A DNA stretch of 63,925 nucleotides, counting the filler, from Olpidium bornovanus S191 (lineage: Eukaryota > Fungi > Olpidiomycota): NCBI GenBank assembly GCA_017911155.1. It is 32 parts of 32 records of this genome, joined end to end, with 100 filler letters (N's around TTAATTAATTAA, not from the genome) between each part and the next. Parts side by side here need not be neighbours in the genome. Positions count along the whole stretch, not along the records: positions 23,014 to 28,187 come from JAEFCI010003672.1; positions 28,288 to 30,814 come from JAEFCI010008828.1; positions 30,915 to 32,273 come from JAEFCI010007682.1; positions 32,374 to 33,409 come from JAEFCI010006682.1; positions 33,510 to 34,530 come from JAEFCI010002285.1; 27 more parts are not named here. The stretch is one strand, 5' to 3'. Both the position numbers and the translations under genes were made by a program. Of this stretch, positions 22,914 through 34,630 are shown one piece after another. The stretch's first letter is position 1; each line of letters starts with the position of its first letter. The notes beneath the pieces are model-generated. The model saw nothing but the letters and a program-made list of their open reading frames with translations, did not search any database and was not told the origin of the DNA.

Positions 22914-25900
22914 NNNNNNNNNNNNNNNNNNNNNNNNNNNNNNNNNNNNNNNNNNNNTTAATTAATTAANNNNNNNNNNNNNNNNNNNNNNNNNNNNNNN
23001 NNNNNNNNNNNNNCATGCCGGCAAATTGCCTTCCAGAACCGCGTCAAGACGGTTTCTGCGTAGCTTGTGCCCGCGGCAGCCAGTTTCACGCAAAAAAAAA
23101 AAAAAAAAGATCAGGACGCACGACAGTTGAGCAGCCTGGTGAAAGCAAACACGCGGTTGCGTATCGGTTGTGTGTTCACGGAGCCATTCCGGTTTGCTGG
23201 ACGGCGCATTTTTTTTTCGGTGCAAAACTTCGAGCGGCGGGAATGGCTCCCGAATTGGCCGGCGCCACCCGGCCGGGTGGCGCGACAATGCACACGAGCG
23301 TCTCGCCGGTTTGGAAGAAAACGGCGGCTGCGCCTCCACCCTCCGCCCTCCACCCTCCCCACCCGTGTTACAATACGAGCAACACACGACGAGCTCAGCC
23401 TGTGCGTGTACATCGGAGAGCAGAAGAAACTAGAACCACGCCAAAAAAAAACGTCGGAGCGCCTCTGCTTACGAAAACACCCCCGAGCCTCGAGCGGAAA
23501 CGCCGCGCCCCTTCCCCCTCCCGCCTCGGTTCCCCCCCCCCCCTCTCCCGCCTCGCGGGTGTAAAAGGGGCACCTCCACCGGGCGGCGAGCTCCGGCCCC
23601 TGAAATTAACGACCGTGCTCTTGAGGGGCGTCGCCGGGTCGGGCTGAGGCCGGTGTCGCGTTATGAAGGCGGTCGGAGGACTGTCCTGCGGCGCGTCCTT
23701 GATTCGTTTTGTCGTTCCCTCGCCGCGTTGCGCTGTACGCTTCACAGCATTGTCGGTCAAAGATCAAAACCAGTGGTCGGCAGAAGTTCAGACACGGAAA
23801 ACTTTCCGTGAAATGTCCTCGGTTGCCTCGACCGATCGTTTTCGATTCGAACAGGGCTCCGCCTCTTTGCAAAGCATCTTCATATGTTAATCTTGTTTAT
23901 ACCTTATATTGATATGTACATCTGCACATAGGCCTGCCTCAGAGGCAAGCACAGATACGACGTCCCCATGCACATCCTGTGGAGCCGAGGTCACCGATTA
24001 AAACAGCCCTTCGAGAAGTCGCCGTTGCTCCATTTGATCAATCATATTTAAATAATACCCCTTCCGAGCCGTTTCCGGCCGGGAAAGGATCCCAATATTC
24101 CGAAAATGCAGAGGGAAACGTCGTGGGGCCAGTTACTATAGCTTTCTCATGACTCATGCACAGATACACTTGGCTTATTGATCAATGCGAACTAACCTCA
24201 CCGTACCCTGCGTCAGCTGTCCCATGTCAGATATGGCCGTCGTGCATCTGGCGTTTGTCATTTGCTAGTCCGGAAATCCGATTTCGTGGATTTTGTAAGC
24301 AGTTAGTCGGCTCCTGCAAGATAATTTGGGAAATTTGTCCACAGACAAGCCAACCATACAGATTTTGTTTAAAGAGAAGCTGTTTTCTACTCCTGTTCTC
24401 ATCTTCACGTTGGCATATCGAGCGCCCAAAGCTATCCGAGCAATTACATGCATATCCACTCTAATCACGGCTTCCAACCTGCGGTTGTATTCCCTATGGC
24501 AGAGAACCAGCGCATCCGCGAGGAGCTGAATATATGACGCCGGGGATTTTCCGCGTGTTTGACGCGGACACCCCCTTCCTCTTTTTCTGAGTATTTCTTG
24601 AGCAGTCTCGCAAGGAAATTTTATTTTGGTAATCCGATATTCGACGGGGATTCTTTTTTTGTTTTTATATTTGTTATTATTGTTTTTGCGGGGAGCGGCG
24701 GTAGGGGTGCGGTGTGTTGTTCATGTAACGGCCGATTGCGACACAACTCCGCTTCGGCGCTTCGAAAATCCGCGTTCGCGTCTCTAAAAACGCAGCTTCA
24801 ACACAAGCATAAACAAACATTTTTTTGCGAATGGTCATTATTGTAAACTCAAGCGGAAAATTTAACGTAAACAATGGTGACCTTAAGATCACAAGAACGC
24901 ATCCTCGCTTGCGCCATTTTATTATTCTCGCAAAAATAGGGATGGATATCTATTGCTATCGTCATAAACATTAAATAAGGTTTGGCATTCTTTGTTCACA
25001 GCGCCTGTCCTTGGAAGCGAACGATTTCTACCTTGAGAAAACGAGGGCAGAGGACATAACAGCAAAAACGCTAGGGAATTTTGTTTCCGAGATTACAGCT
25101 ATAGCTCGAACTGGAAGTCGAAAGCAAAGCCCGTTCTCGAAATCCACCGGCCTCCGCGGTGACGAGGTGCGGCGGCGGCGCGGCACGGCAGCCTATTTCC
25201 CCGAGGGGGCCCCGGGGCGACGTCTTTTCCCGAGACGACCGGGCTGAGGGCCGGCCGGGGTGCCGGCAGCGTTTTTCCTCGACGGACCGTCTTTCCCGAC
25301 GCGACCGAGCCGAGGCTGCTTTTTCCCCAGGCGACCGAAGCTGAGCGCAGTTCTTTTCCGAAGCGACCAAAAAACAAAAAGCGGGCGGGATTTCCGCGCA
25401 CGCGTCTCCCGCCTTTTCCAGCAGAAGCGCGGAGCGCGCACAAACGCAACCCCCCCCCCCACCCCCCGCCCGCAGTGTAAAAGGCGCACGCTCCGGCGTC
25501 CCTTTCCACCGCCCCTTCTTCCCTCTCCACAGCCGACTTATGCGCCCCCACAAAACCGACCGCCCCCCACCACCAAGCGGACTCCGGCCATCTCGCTGGA
25601 ACGCCCCCTTCTTCAACCGCCCCTTCTTTCGCCTGGGGGCAAACCGGCGGGCAAGCGCGGCAAGTCCTTCTTTCCCCAGCGCGCACGAACTCCGTTCTTC
25701 CTGCCTTTTGTCCCCAAACTTCTCACCTCCCCGCCTGCTGACTGCGCAAACTCCCCGACGTGTGCCCGCGCGCCTCCCACCCGTTCCTTCCCCATCCTCC
25801 CACCCTCCCTCCGCTTCCGCGCTCCCGCCCCCACCGCCGGCCCCTCCCGAACTCTTGACTTTCCTCCAGCTGCGACGCGCGTCCCCCGCGCCTGGACTGC

Positions 25901-26029
25901 CAGCTTCGCAACCGCTCCGCGAAAGGGGGGAAGGGGTGAGTGGTTTTTTTTGCCTTTCGGCTCAAAGCGCTCTGCTCTCCGTCAAGCTAAACACACCGGG
26001 CGCTGACGTCCGGTCCTTGTCTCTGTTCG

Positions 26030-26630
26030 CCTCGCGCCGCCGTCTCTTCGTTCCCAGCCTCCGCCTCTGTTCGCTTCGCGCCTCCGCCTCTGTTCGTTAC
26101 GTGCCTCCGTTCCTGCTCGCTCGTTACGCGCCTCCGCTTCTGCTCGTTCGTTACGCGCCTCCGCTTTTGTTCGTTACCTGCCTCCGCTTCCGCTTGTTCG
26201 TTACGCGCCTCCGCCTCCGTTCGTTCGTTACGCGCCTCCTCCTTCGTTCGTTTCGCTCCTCCGCCCCCGTTCGTTCCATACGCCTCCGTTCGCTAAGCGC
26301 CCCGCCTCCGTTCGTTCGCTACGCGCCTCTGCCTCCGTCGGTTCGTTACGCGCCTCCACTTCACTCGTTCGTTACGCGCCTCCGCCTCCGTTCGTTACGC
26401 GCCTCCGCCTACGTTCGTTCGCTACGCGCCTCCGCCTCCGTTCGTTCGCAACGAGCCTCTGCCTCCGTTCATTTCGCTCCTCGGCTTCCGTTCGTTTGGC
26501 ACCTCCGCCTCTTTGCGTCTGGCGCGTCGACCTCTGTTCGCTTTGCGCCCCCGCCTCTGTTCGTTTCACACCTCGGTCTCTGTTTGTTTCGCGCCTCGGT
26601 CTCTGTTCGTTTCGCGCCTCCGCCTGCTAG
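26030..26630. repeat. Degenerate minisatellite (CGTTACGCGCCTCCGCCTCCGTT-like units)
   Basis: Many imperfect copies of TTCGTTACGCGCCTCCGC with variable unit length. One strand is very pyrimidine-rich. Confidence 0.9.
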
Positions 26631-26777
26631 CTAGGCCCTTCCACCAGGTGTTCTCCAGGACTCGGACCTCGCTCCGGACGCGGACAGGATGGCAAGCCAA
26701 GTACCTTTCTTCTTTACTTTTCATTTGTTTGGCTGGGGAATGCGGGGTAAATAGACGTGCTTGGGCGAGGTCGGACG

Positions 26778-27030
26778 CATGGTAACAAGGTACATGCGGG
26801 CCGTAGGGGGCATGGTAACGTGGTACATGCCGCCCGGAATAATAAGCGGGAGCACGGTAACATAGTTTATGCAGACCGAAAAAAGCGGGAGCATGGTAAC
26901 GTAGTTCATGCAGACCGAAAAAACCGGAAGCTTGGTAACGTAGTTCATGCAGACCGAATGAATGGAGGGGCATGGTAACAAGGTACATGCTGCCTGGCTG
27001 GAGCATAGTAACATAGTTCATGCAGACCGG
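26778..27030 (+). repeat. Seven-unit tandem array translating to HGNxVHAxR plus linker
   Basis: Units start at 26778, 26811, 26853, 26892, 26931, 26971 and 27004 (spacings 33, 42, 39, 39, 40, 33). Core is CATGGTAACnnnGTWCATGC. Confidence 0.9.
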
Positions 27031-27250
27031 GTCCAGCTTGGGCGGGCGTCATGGGAAAGCGGGGTGGTGCGTCGCATGCCATGTTTTTTTTGTCGTTCCG
27101 CCCGCACTAACACCACTTTCGGCGCTCACTAGGTATTCTTCAAAACCTCCTTCAAGATGCTTCAAAGGGAAGTGCATACGCGTTGACCAAAACGTTGTTT
27201 TTTTCTCTGGTTTTGTTTTTGTTGCAACGCTGACGCTCACCGGTCCGTAT

Positions 27251-27440
27251 GAGGCGGTGTCCAGCCTACGCGCAATGCTTTGATGCAGCGCGGGCCTGTC
27301 GAGGAGAGTGCCGGCGGCCTCGGCGTATATGGATAATGTGGCAGGCCTCCGCAATATTAAGGTCGAGGCGGTGTCCAGCCTTCGCGTTCGCTTCGCGCAG
27401 CGCAAGGTGCCGAGGAGGGGTGCCGGCGGTCTCGGCGTAT
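27251..27440. repeat. Two-copy ~114-bp direct duplication
   Basis: GAGGCGGTGTCCAGCCT...GAGGAG(A/G)GTGCCGGCGG(C/T)CTCGGCGTAT at about 27251 and 27365. Confidence 0.8.
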
Positions 27441-28287
27441 GGGCGTTGAATTACTTCCAAGATCAAAACTCCTTGTCGGCTCATCCCGGGCGGGCAAAAA
27501 AAAAGTAAGTCCATTTTTTTTTTCGTTTTATGTGGCACCTGTTTCCTAACTTTGTTATTTTTTTCTTTTTATTTTCCGCCAATACTGAAGCTTTTTGCCC
27601 ATGCTTCAAACAAAATGGCCGGTTTGCTCGGGATTAGTACATTTTTAATCTCTATTCAAAATTCGCCATTGCTGAAGACCATCCAGTTTGTCCGAAATAC
27701 TTGTTTGTAGTATTAAAAATGACCTGCAAATGTATACCGCACATTAATTCGCTCGATAGACAGCATTTCTCACACAAAAAAAGTCCGTCCCCACCGCTCG
27801 AAAACATTTGTTTTCTTATAGAGGAATGCGGGCCATTTTCTTCGCCTCTGTCAATTACTTGGGAAGTGTGTGCGCAGTCCATGCAAATTACACATTTACA
27901 CCAAGCCAATTATGGATTCCTTTTACTCCCGTGGTAAAGGATTACCATCTGGCCGCTGCCGCATCTGCCGCAGCAGGGGGAAGGATAAGAGGATCCGAAA
28001 CAGCGAGCTCCGCCGTGACAAGATGCACTTTAAATTTGAATCAAAAAAAGGCTTCCATGGGAACGATTGACGACAGAAATGCCTGCCTCGACTGCCACCG
28101 GACAACGCAATCGACAAATACCGTGTGCGATGGGCCACCGGCGACTTCAGTCGGCGACCCGGTGAAGACATCTACAATATGCAGTACNNNNNNNNNNNNN
28201 NNNNNNNNNNNNNNNNNNNNNNNNNNNNNNNTTAATTAATTAANNNNNNNNNNNNNNNNNNNNNNNNNNNNNNNNNNNNNNNNNNNN

Positions 28288-30060
28288 CATGGATCACGTC
28301 CTTCGGCGTCGACGCGAGCTGGTTAGCGAGCTTGTTGAAGGCCAGATTGTCGTGCGAGATGCTATCGTAATCCTTCAAGTTAATGTTGCGCAAGGTCTCG
28401 TAGGTGCGCTTCTCGAGGTCACGCGGGAGAAATCGCTGGCTGGGCCAAATGTTGCAGGCGATGTCTGGCGACTAGTTGCTGGTGTCCCACTCCTTCGCAG
28501 CAGCCTTTTGGAGGTGCTGACCAGCGACGATCAGTTTCATGGTGTCACTAACCTCGTCACCGAGGACAGCGAAGTATTCGTCATGCCGCTCAACGTAGCG
28601 CTTGAACATCGTGCCGCCTCCGGTACCGTCGTACTTGGGCAGCGCAGAGTACATGGCTTTGATGATTTCGCGCTCGGTTCTCGTCGTTGTGCGCCTTGCG
28701 ATCGAGGTCGTGGAAGCCGCTACGGAGCCAGCGCTGGGCGTGCGGGGCGCGCGGGGCCGCTGCTGGGACTTGTCGGGCTTGCAAGGTTTACGAGGGCCGC
28801 AATTTAACCGATGCGAGGGTGCCTCCGATCGCGAACGAGATTTGTCGCGAAGCCTGCGACCTGGGCGACCATAGCGATGACTCGCGTGGTGAGATGAAGA
28901 ACTTGACGAAGAGGGTGATCCGCCATCAGACAAGGCCGGAGGGCGTCTTGGAGGTCACGGAGGACGCGTTTCATGCGCTCCTTCATGCCAGTAACGGGCG
29001 GAGAAGCCCGTCTCGTACGGGCGCTGGTTGTACCGCGGTGCACAGCCGTACGGGAACGGCTTGCGGGCCGGGAATTGCATGGGACTCGGCGCATAAGCGT
29101 ACTCGGTGAATGCAGGCTGGTGTTCGGGTGCGCAGGGTGATGGCTCGATGCTACAGGCGCCAGAACATCGTCTTCTTGAGAGGTCTCAACGATGCGCGGC
29201 TGCGGCTTATCGAAGGGACAAAAGGACCTCTGAGAGCGCGGAAACGGCGGCTCTCCGAAGTTTCTGAAGTACAGCATCTCGCCGTGGTCATCAACACTGA
29301 CGTAATCGTGAGGTTCGGGCAGCGAAGGAGCAGAAGGACCGTACGATCCACCACCAGAAACGCCGCCGAAGCGGCCTGGTCCCCCGTCCTCTCGCATGCC
29401 CTCATTAGCTTTGGCGGATTTGGATTTATGCGTGTCAGTGACGTTGTTGTCCTTGGTTGCCGACGAGGAACGTGCCGGCCGAAGGTTGATTTCAGGTTGA
29501 ATGGAAGCGGTGGCAGTGGAAGCGGCTCCGGCGGACGTGGTTCCGGCCAGAAACGCCTTCATCTGCTCTGGGGACGTCGTCGGAACACCGTCGCCGTCTT
29601 GACGGTGTTCGCGAAGGCATTGGTCATCTCGCTGGTCTTGGAGGCTGAACGACGAGGTTTCTCCGGCCTCGGGGTACAGCTTGAAAACGTTGAGGGAAGG
29701 GGTGTTGTTGCTCGGGAAGGCCCCGGGAGTGCGCGTTTCGACGGGTGCCAAAGGTGCCGAGGCCGATCTCAGATTGGTTTCCGGTACTTCAACTTTTACC
29801 GGCTTCTTGCCGGTGATTTTCGGTGCCTGCGGACTTGGCGGAGGCCTGGAAAGCCGTCTGCTGAGTCTTGCTGCACAGGGCCATGGTGTGGTTCGAGGTC
29901 GCAGGTGGAACGCAGTGGGCGTTGCTGGACTTCGAAGTGCCGCTAGTGCCAACCGGGCGAATCTCCGCGTGCCGGACGTTGTGGATGCCGGGTGCGGAGG
30001 CAGAGGAACGCCTAGTTGGGTTCATAACCTTTCGTAGGACAGCAGTTTTTTGTTCGTGTT
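28288..30060 (-). mobile_element. LTR retrotransposon 5' part: PBS, long disordered leader ORF and decayed Ty3/gypsy-type gag
   Basis: Minus-strand PBS-like GGTTATGAACCC at 30018-30029 follows an AC-rich LTR-end-like tract. ORF 28804-29952 then shifts frame to REIIKAMYSALPKYDGTGG...YVERHDEYF...MKLIVAGQHLQKAAAKEWD, with a stop. The LPKYDG/VPKYDG motif is shared with the gag at 61221. Confidence 0.75.
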
Positions 30061-31329
30061 TTTGTGGGCCGAGGAAAAGGGGTGTTCACGTTTACAAGGT
30101 TGGTAAACTACTCAACCAGTCACGTGACCATACATTTTCACTGTCGTACTAGACGCACTAGGACTTGCATTGCTGTCTGTTGGCTTGTAGGGTGGTGAGC
30201 CAGATAATGGCAAAATGGGTTACACCCCATTCTCAAAAGGAGATCAACCGTTAAAGTCAGGATTTAAATCTGGGATACTAGCATCTGTGTAGGACCCAGA
30301 GCACTATGGCCATCAACGAGAACGCGATCTTGCATTCACACGAAAACTACGGGGCCCTTTGGAGGCAATTTACGTGCAGTGAGGAAAAGAAAAGCAACGG
30401 TATGCACGAAGTGAGGACTTCACAACCTGACGGAACACGGCGTACTTGAGCTTGTTCAGCCACCGCTGGAAGTTCATACCTCGTCAATAGCAAAATAGAT
30501 TGAAAGTAAGCGTGCGAGAAGCAGAACGTGAGACCTTGCAATGTGCCCCGCAGGTTTTTCATGTAAGCTAAGGCGTGAAAAACGATGACTTTTGCTCCGT
30601 TCCAGTTTTGCCAATCCTAATGTCCCATATCCCGGCAACGAGAGCGTGTGTCTTTACCTGCTCTGGCATGGGCGTTCGTTGTAGCTTGCCAATTGGCATG
30701 AGATAGCGATGCATCGCCAGGAATAAGGCAATGCACGGATAATGGTGTCAGAACGAGAGGTCTTTTGGGCCAAGGAGTTTGCTGGTTGGCGGCTCGTTGG
30801 GAGACGGGTGGTGGNNNNNNNNNNNNNNNNNNNNNNNNNNNNNNNNNNNNNNNNNNNNTTAATTAATTAANNNNNNNNNNNNNNNNNNNNNNNNNNNNNN
30901 NNNNNNNNNNNNNNCATGTTAATGTCCAAATGAGGACTGCTACATCTACGACAACATCTTTGGCAGGCTTGAAACAATTAACAATGTACCACCAACGCTT
31001 GCTTGCCAATATAGCAGGAGTTCTCAATGAGAGATCACCCGGCAGCACGTTGCGCTCTGCGCACGTTTAAGCCAGAGCACTGATTCCAGCGTCTTCCGGA
31101 AAATCGCGATGAGCTGCGCAAAAAACGTTTGAGGGGGCCGAGGGAATCGGACGAACTTCGTTCAAGCCCGTCCCGTCCGGGCTCGGCGGGGGAACCACGT
31201 GAGTGTGACCCTCTCTCTCGCCGCCGCGCGTCCGCCAGTGCAAAGCGGCAACGCTGTCCGAAGCGCGAAGCGCCGCCGAGGCGGGCCGGTGATACAGGAG
31301 GCGTGACGCAAGATCCGGGTTGCGACGCC

Positions 31330-31995
31330 CTAAACGAAGGGCCGTCGCTGGTTTTGTCGCATCAGACCCGACGCCGACCGCTTGAGCTTCTGCGCTTCGT
31401 TCCAACCATTCGTGATCTCGACGAGATTCGTCTCCAGGACCAGCCCGCCCACAACCATCTCCGAGAGAATGTAATGGATCTGGCCAGTGTGCGCAAGAGG
31501 AGTCAGAACCGCCAGCAGTTTCTGAGAGACTGTTCTCTCTCGCTCTCGGGGCCCAGACTAACCTCGTTGAAATTGAAAATCTTCAAAATAGAACACGCGC
31601 GCTCGTCAGCTTCGGCGTTGAGGTCGCGATACCGGACCACAGGATACGCACCAGATCCAATTCGCACACGTTTTCGAAGCACCGATCCAAGCTCTCGACG
31701 AGAACCTGGATAACGACGCACGTAAGCGGCGGCGAAGGGATGACGCCGTCACCTTTCACAAGCGAGCGTTGCATTCTGTCCCGGGCCTGGGGAACTCCCC
31801 CGTGAGTCCCACCCGCCCGCCCCGTTCTCCCGTCCTTTCTCGCCATGCCTGAATTAAGTCTAATATGCCTAGTTCGCTTTCCGCGGAGTCCACGACAAAC
31901 ACGAAATAAAGGGTCGCGTAGTGCCGGTAGATGATCCGAGTTTCCGAGCCGCCGAGCATGGTGCTGCCCTCCAGGAAGTTGCAAACTGTTTCCGG
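31330..31995 (-). CDS. APS3: AP-3 adaptor complex sigma subunit, 5'-partial, spliced
   Basis: RPETVCNFLEGSTMLGGSETRIIYRHYATLYFVFVVDSAESELGILDLIQ|VLVESLDRCFENVCELDL|IFNFNE|IHYILSEMVVGGLVLETN...PFV*, a close match to AP3S1/2. Confidence 0.93.
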
Positions 31996-32097
31996 CCGCT
32001 GCGCCGCAAAAATCCAGGGCAACGCAGGAAACGAAGGGTTTAGTGCTTACCGCGCCAGCGTAACGGGGGAACGGGGGCGGTAGCGACCTCACCCCGG

Positions 32098-32135
<38 letters not shown>

Positions 32136-32138
32136 AAA

Positions 32139-32273
32139 ATGGGAGGGGGGCTCGCGGCATTAACCGCGGCGTTAACCGCGGCGGTCTTGCTGCTTGCGGT
32201 CCCGGCGGCGGGTGAGCTCGGCACGCCGGTGCTTGTCCACTCCAGCGACGGCTGCGCATCCAGGTGCGAGGCA
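32139..32273 (+). CDS. Possible N-terminus of a secreted protein
   Basis: MGGGLAALTAALTAAVLLLAVPAAG is signal-peptide-like. Truncated by the gap; no family recognised. Confidence 0.3.
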
Positions 32274-32589
32274 NNNNNNNNNNNNNNNNNNNNNNNNNNN
32301 NNNNNNNNNNNNNNNNNTTAATTAATTAANNNNNNNNNNNNNNNNNNNNNNNNNNNNNNNNNNNNNNNNNNNNGGGGGGGGAGGGGGGAGTGGGGACTTC
32401 GGCCGCGGGGGTCCGGCGCCGCACCGGGCGAGGCGCGAGTGGCGATGTCCGGCCGTGTTTTTGCATCTCGCAAGGTGCACAGGAGAGAAACAAGAAACGT
32501 CTGCTGACGGGACGGTCTCGTCTGCGGCCGGCTTGTTCTCGTCTGCGGCCGGCTTGTTCTCTCTGCGCGAGCCGCGGGGCGCAGGTTTG

Positions 32590-32830
32590 ATTCCAAAAGG
32601 GCGTCGACGTTAAAAGTCGCTTTCTCTCCAGACCGAAATTCGCTCGGCGCCTTTTCGACATAGCGCTGCTGGTCGTGAGAAAACGCCGCCGTTCGGATGG
32701 CGCAGGATCCTTGGCGCAGAAATAGAAGGACGCGCCGCGACCCGCTCGACAGCGGGTTCCACGTTGAGCGCCCCCTTCTCGCGCGCGATCATCGCAAGGT
32801 CGTCCACGTAAAGTGTGATGATGACCGGTG
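32590..32830 (-). mobile_element. Degenerate Ty1/copia reverse transcriptase remnant
   Basis: VIITLYVDDLAMIAR (copia YVDD motif), followed after frameshifts by DQQRYVEK...FGLE...STP. Confidence 0.65.
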
Positions 32831-33602
32831 TGGCCTTTTATCGACCTTGCTCGACTGAGATTGGTTGGTCTCGAGACAAAGAGCGCACGATTGATCTTCA
32901 GCAAGAATCTGAACCTTGGTTCAGGCCCGAGACATACGTCGCTATCCGGTGTCGATTGGACTGTCGGATGATCTGCATCGCCAGCGCATCAAGCGTCTCA
33001 TTGCACTTAGAGACTGCACCTCCGCAGCTCTTCTGAGTGCATTTGGCGACCTTTGACAATGATAAGGCCGCAGGTTGTGCGGTGAAAACTGCTCGCGAGG
33101 TGCTGATTTGAGCTCCGGCCACGTCTTTATTGTCTGCAGGCCGGGATCAGGCCTTCCGACGCTTTGTGTTCGTAATCCGGGCCAGAACGTGTAGGCAGCG
33201 CCCTCTGCTTTGTCATTGCGAAAGAGACTTCATCCTCCTTGCGCATCTCTGCTGCCCCAATGAAAGGTTCCACATTTATCCTCAAAAATCATGATCGTCG
33301 TGTTGGCACCCGAGAACTGAGGGTTGTTAGAAAGAAACCTGACCACTCTTCCGCTGAGATATCTGCCGCCGACTTGAACGATTGAACGGGGTGCGAGCTG
33401 CCGGGGGAANNNNNNNNNNNNNNNNNNNNNNNNNNNNNNNNNNNNNNNNNNNNTTAATTAATTAANNNNNNNNNNNNNNNNNNNNNNNNNNNNNNNNNNN
33501 NNNNNNNNNCCCCCTCCCCCACCTCCACGCACACGCGCACGACGTCTCCGGGGATATTCTCCCCAGAAACGTTCACGCCGAGTCCTACGAGTCCATATCC
33601 AG

Positions 33603-34261
33603 CATCGCAGCCTCGGCAGCAAAAGTGCAGGAGACGGCCGCCGCGGCTTCCGGCGACGAAGCGGACGTCGGAAACGACGCGCACGTTAGTCGACCGGACT
33701 CCGTTTCCTACCCGATCCTCGTCACGCGCGTGAATATCTTCCAGTCGAAGGCAGCAGGCGATGGCGGCGCGTCGCATTCGGGCTCGACGGCGACGTCCAG
33801 GAGGCAGAGGCTCAACGTGCTGTCCTCGGACGCGGACAATGCCGCAGAGGGCGAAGTTCCGCTGGGCACTGTCACTAACGACCCGTCCGCGACGATGGCG
33901 CGAGACCCTATCCAATGGTTCGGCGGTCTCCTTGCGCCCGCGTCGCTACGATCGGCGCAGAAGAATTTCAAGCAAGGTGAGCGGTTCGTCGTGTTAGCAT
34001 CGTCATTCCACCTGTCTGCGCCATCCGCTTGCCTTTGTCTTGATGTCTCAACCCTTGTACCGCCGGCGAAATCGAAATTTCCCTGCAACCGCAGCCGTGT
34101 TTGAGTTAGTCGAACTGGCCAAGTTCCGGCAGGAGCTCATGGCTATGGAACAGACGTTGAGGTTTTTGCTGCGAAAAAAGCAACAACGCGCAGCCAAGAT
34201 CTTTGCTAGCGGAGAGACGTCGTCGCCCCGACTACGCCAACTATCGGGCGGGCGGACGTGA
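33603..34261 (+). CDS. VMA22: V-ATPase assembly factor Vma22/CCDC115, 5'-partial; start approximate
   Basis: RDPIQWFGGLLAPASLRSAQKNFKQ|AVFELVELAKFRQEL matches the CCDC115 DP(L/I)xWFG.L.P.SLR.AQ..F motif. Confidence 0.85.
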
Positions 34262-34630
34262 GGCGTTTCGGTCACCGTTTGCTCCACGCTCCTATATGCG
34301 TGTCCGCTCGTCATAATCTTCTACGACGGCAATTAGGTATATTATGGCAAACTTGGCGGCTCCAGCTCTGTTATGTATGCTGTACATAGGGAAACGTGTG
34401 TGATTCTCACATGGAAACAACCGAGGAGAATTCTGTTGGCGGGCTGACCGCGCGAAGAAAACTCTGCCAACTGTCGTTGTGAACCTTGAAAAAAAAAGCA
34501 TATGCGAATTGGTAAGCTCGGAAAATTGGCNNNNNNNNNNNNNNNNNNNNNNNNNNNNNNNNNNNNNNNNNNNNTTAATTAATTAANNNNNNNNNNNNNN
34601 NNNNNNNNNNNNNNNNNNNNNNNNNNNNNN

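Noticed and set aside
26778-27030. CRISPR-like appearance (conserved ~19-bp core with variable spacers)
   Set aside because: The spacers are short and related to each other (GCAGACCGAAAAA), there are no cas genes, and the context is eukaryotic. It is better explained as a coding or tandem repeat.
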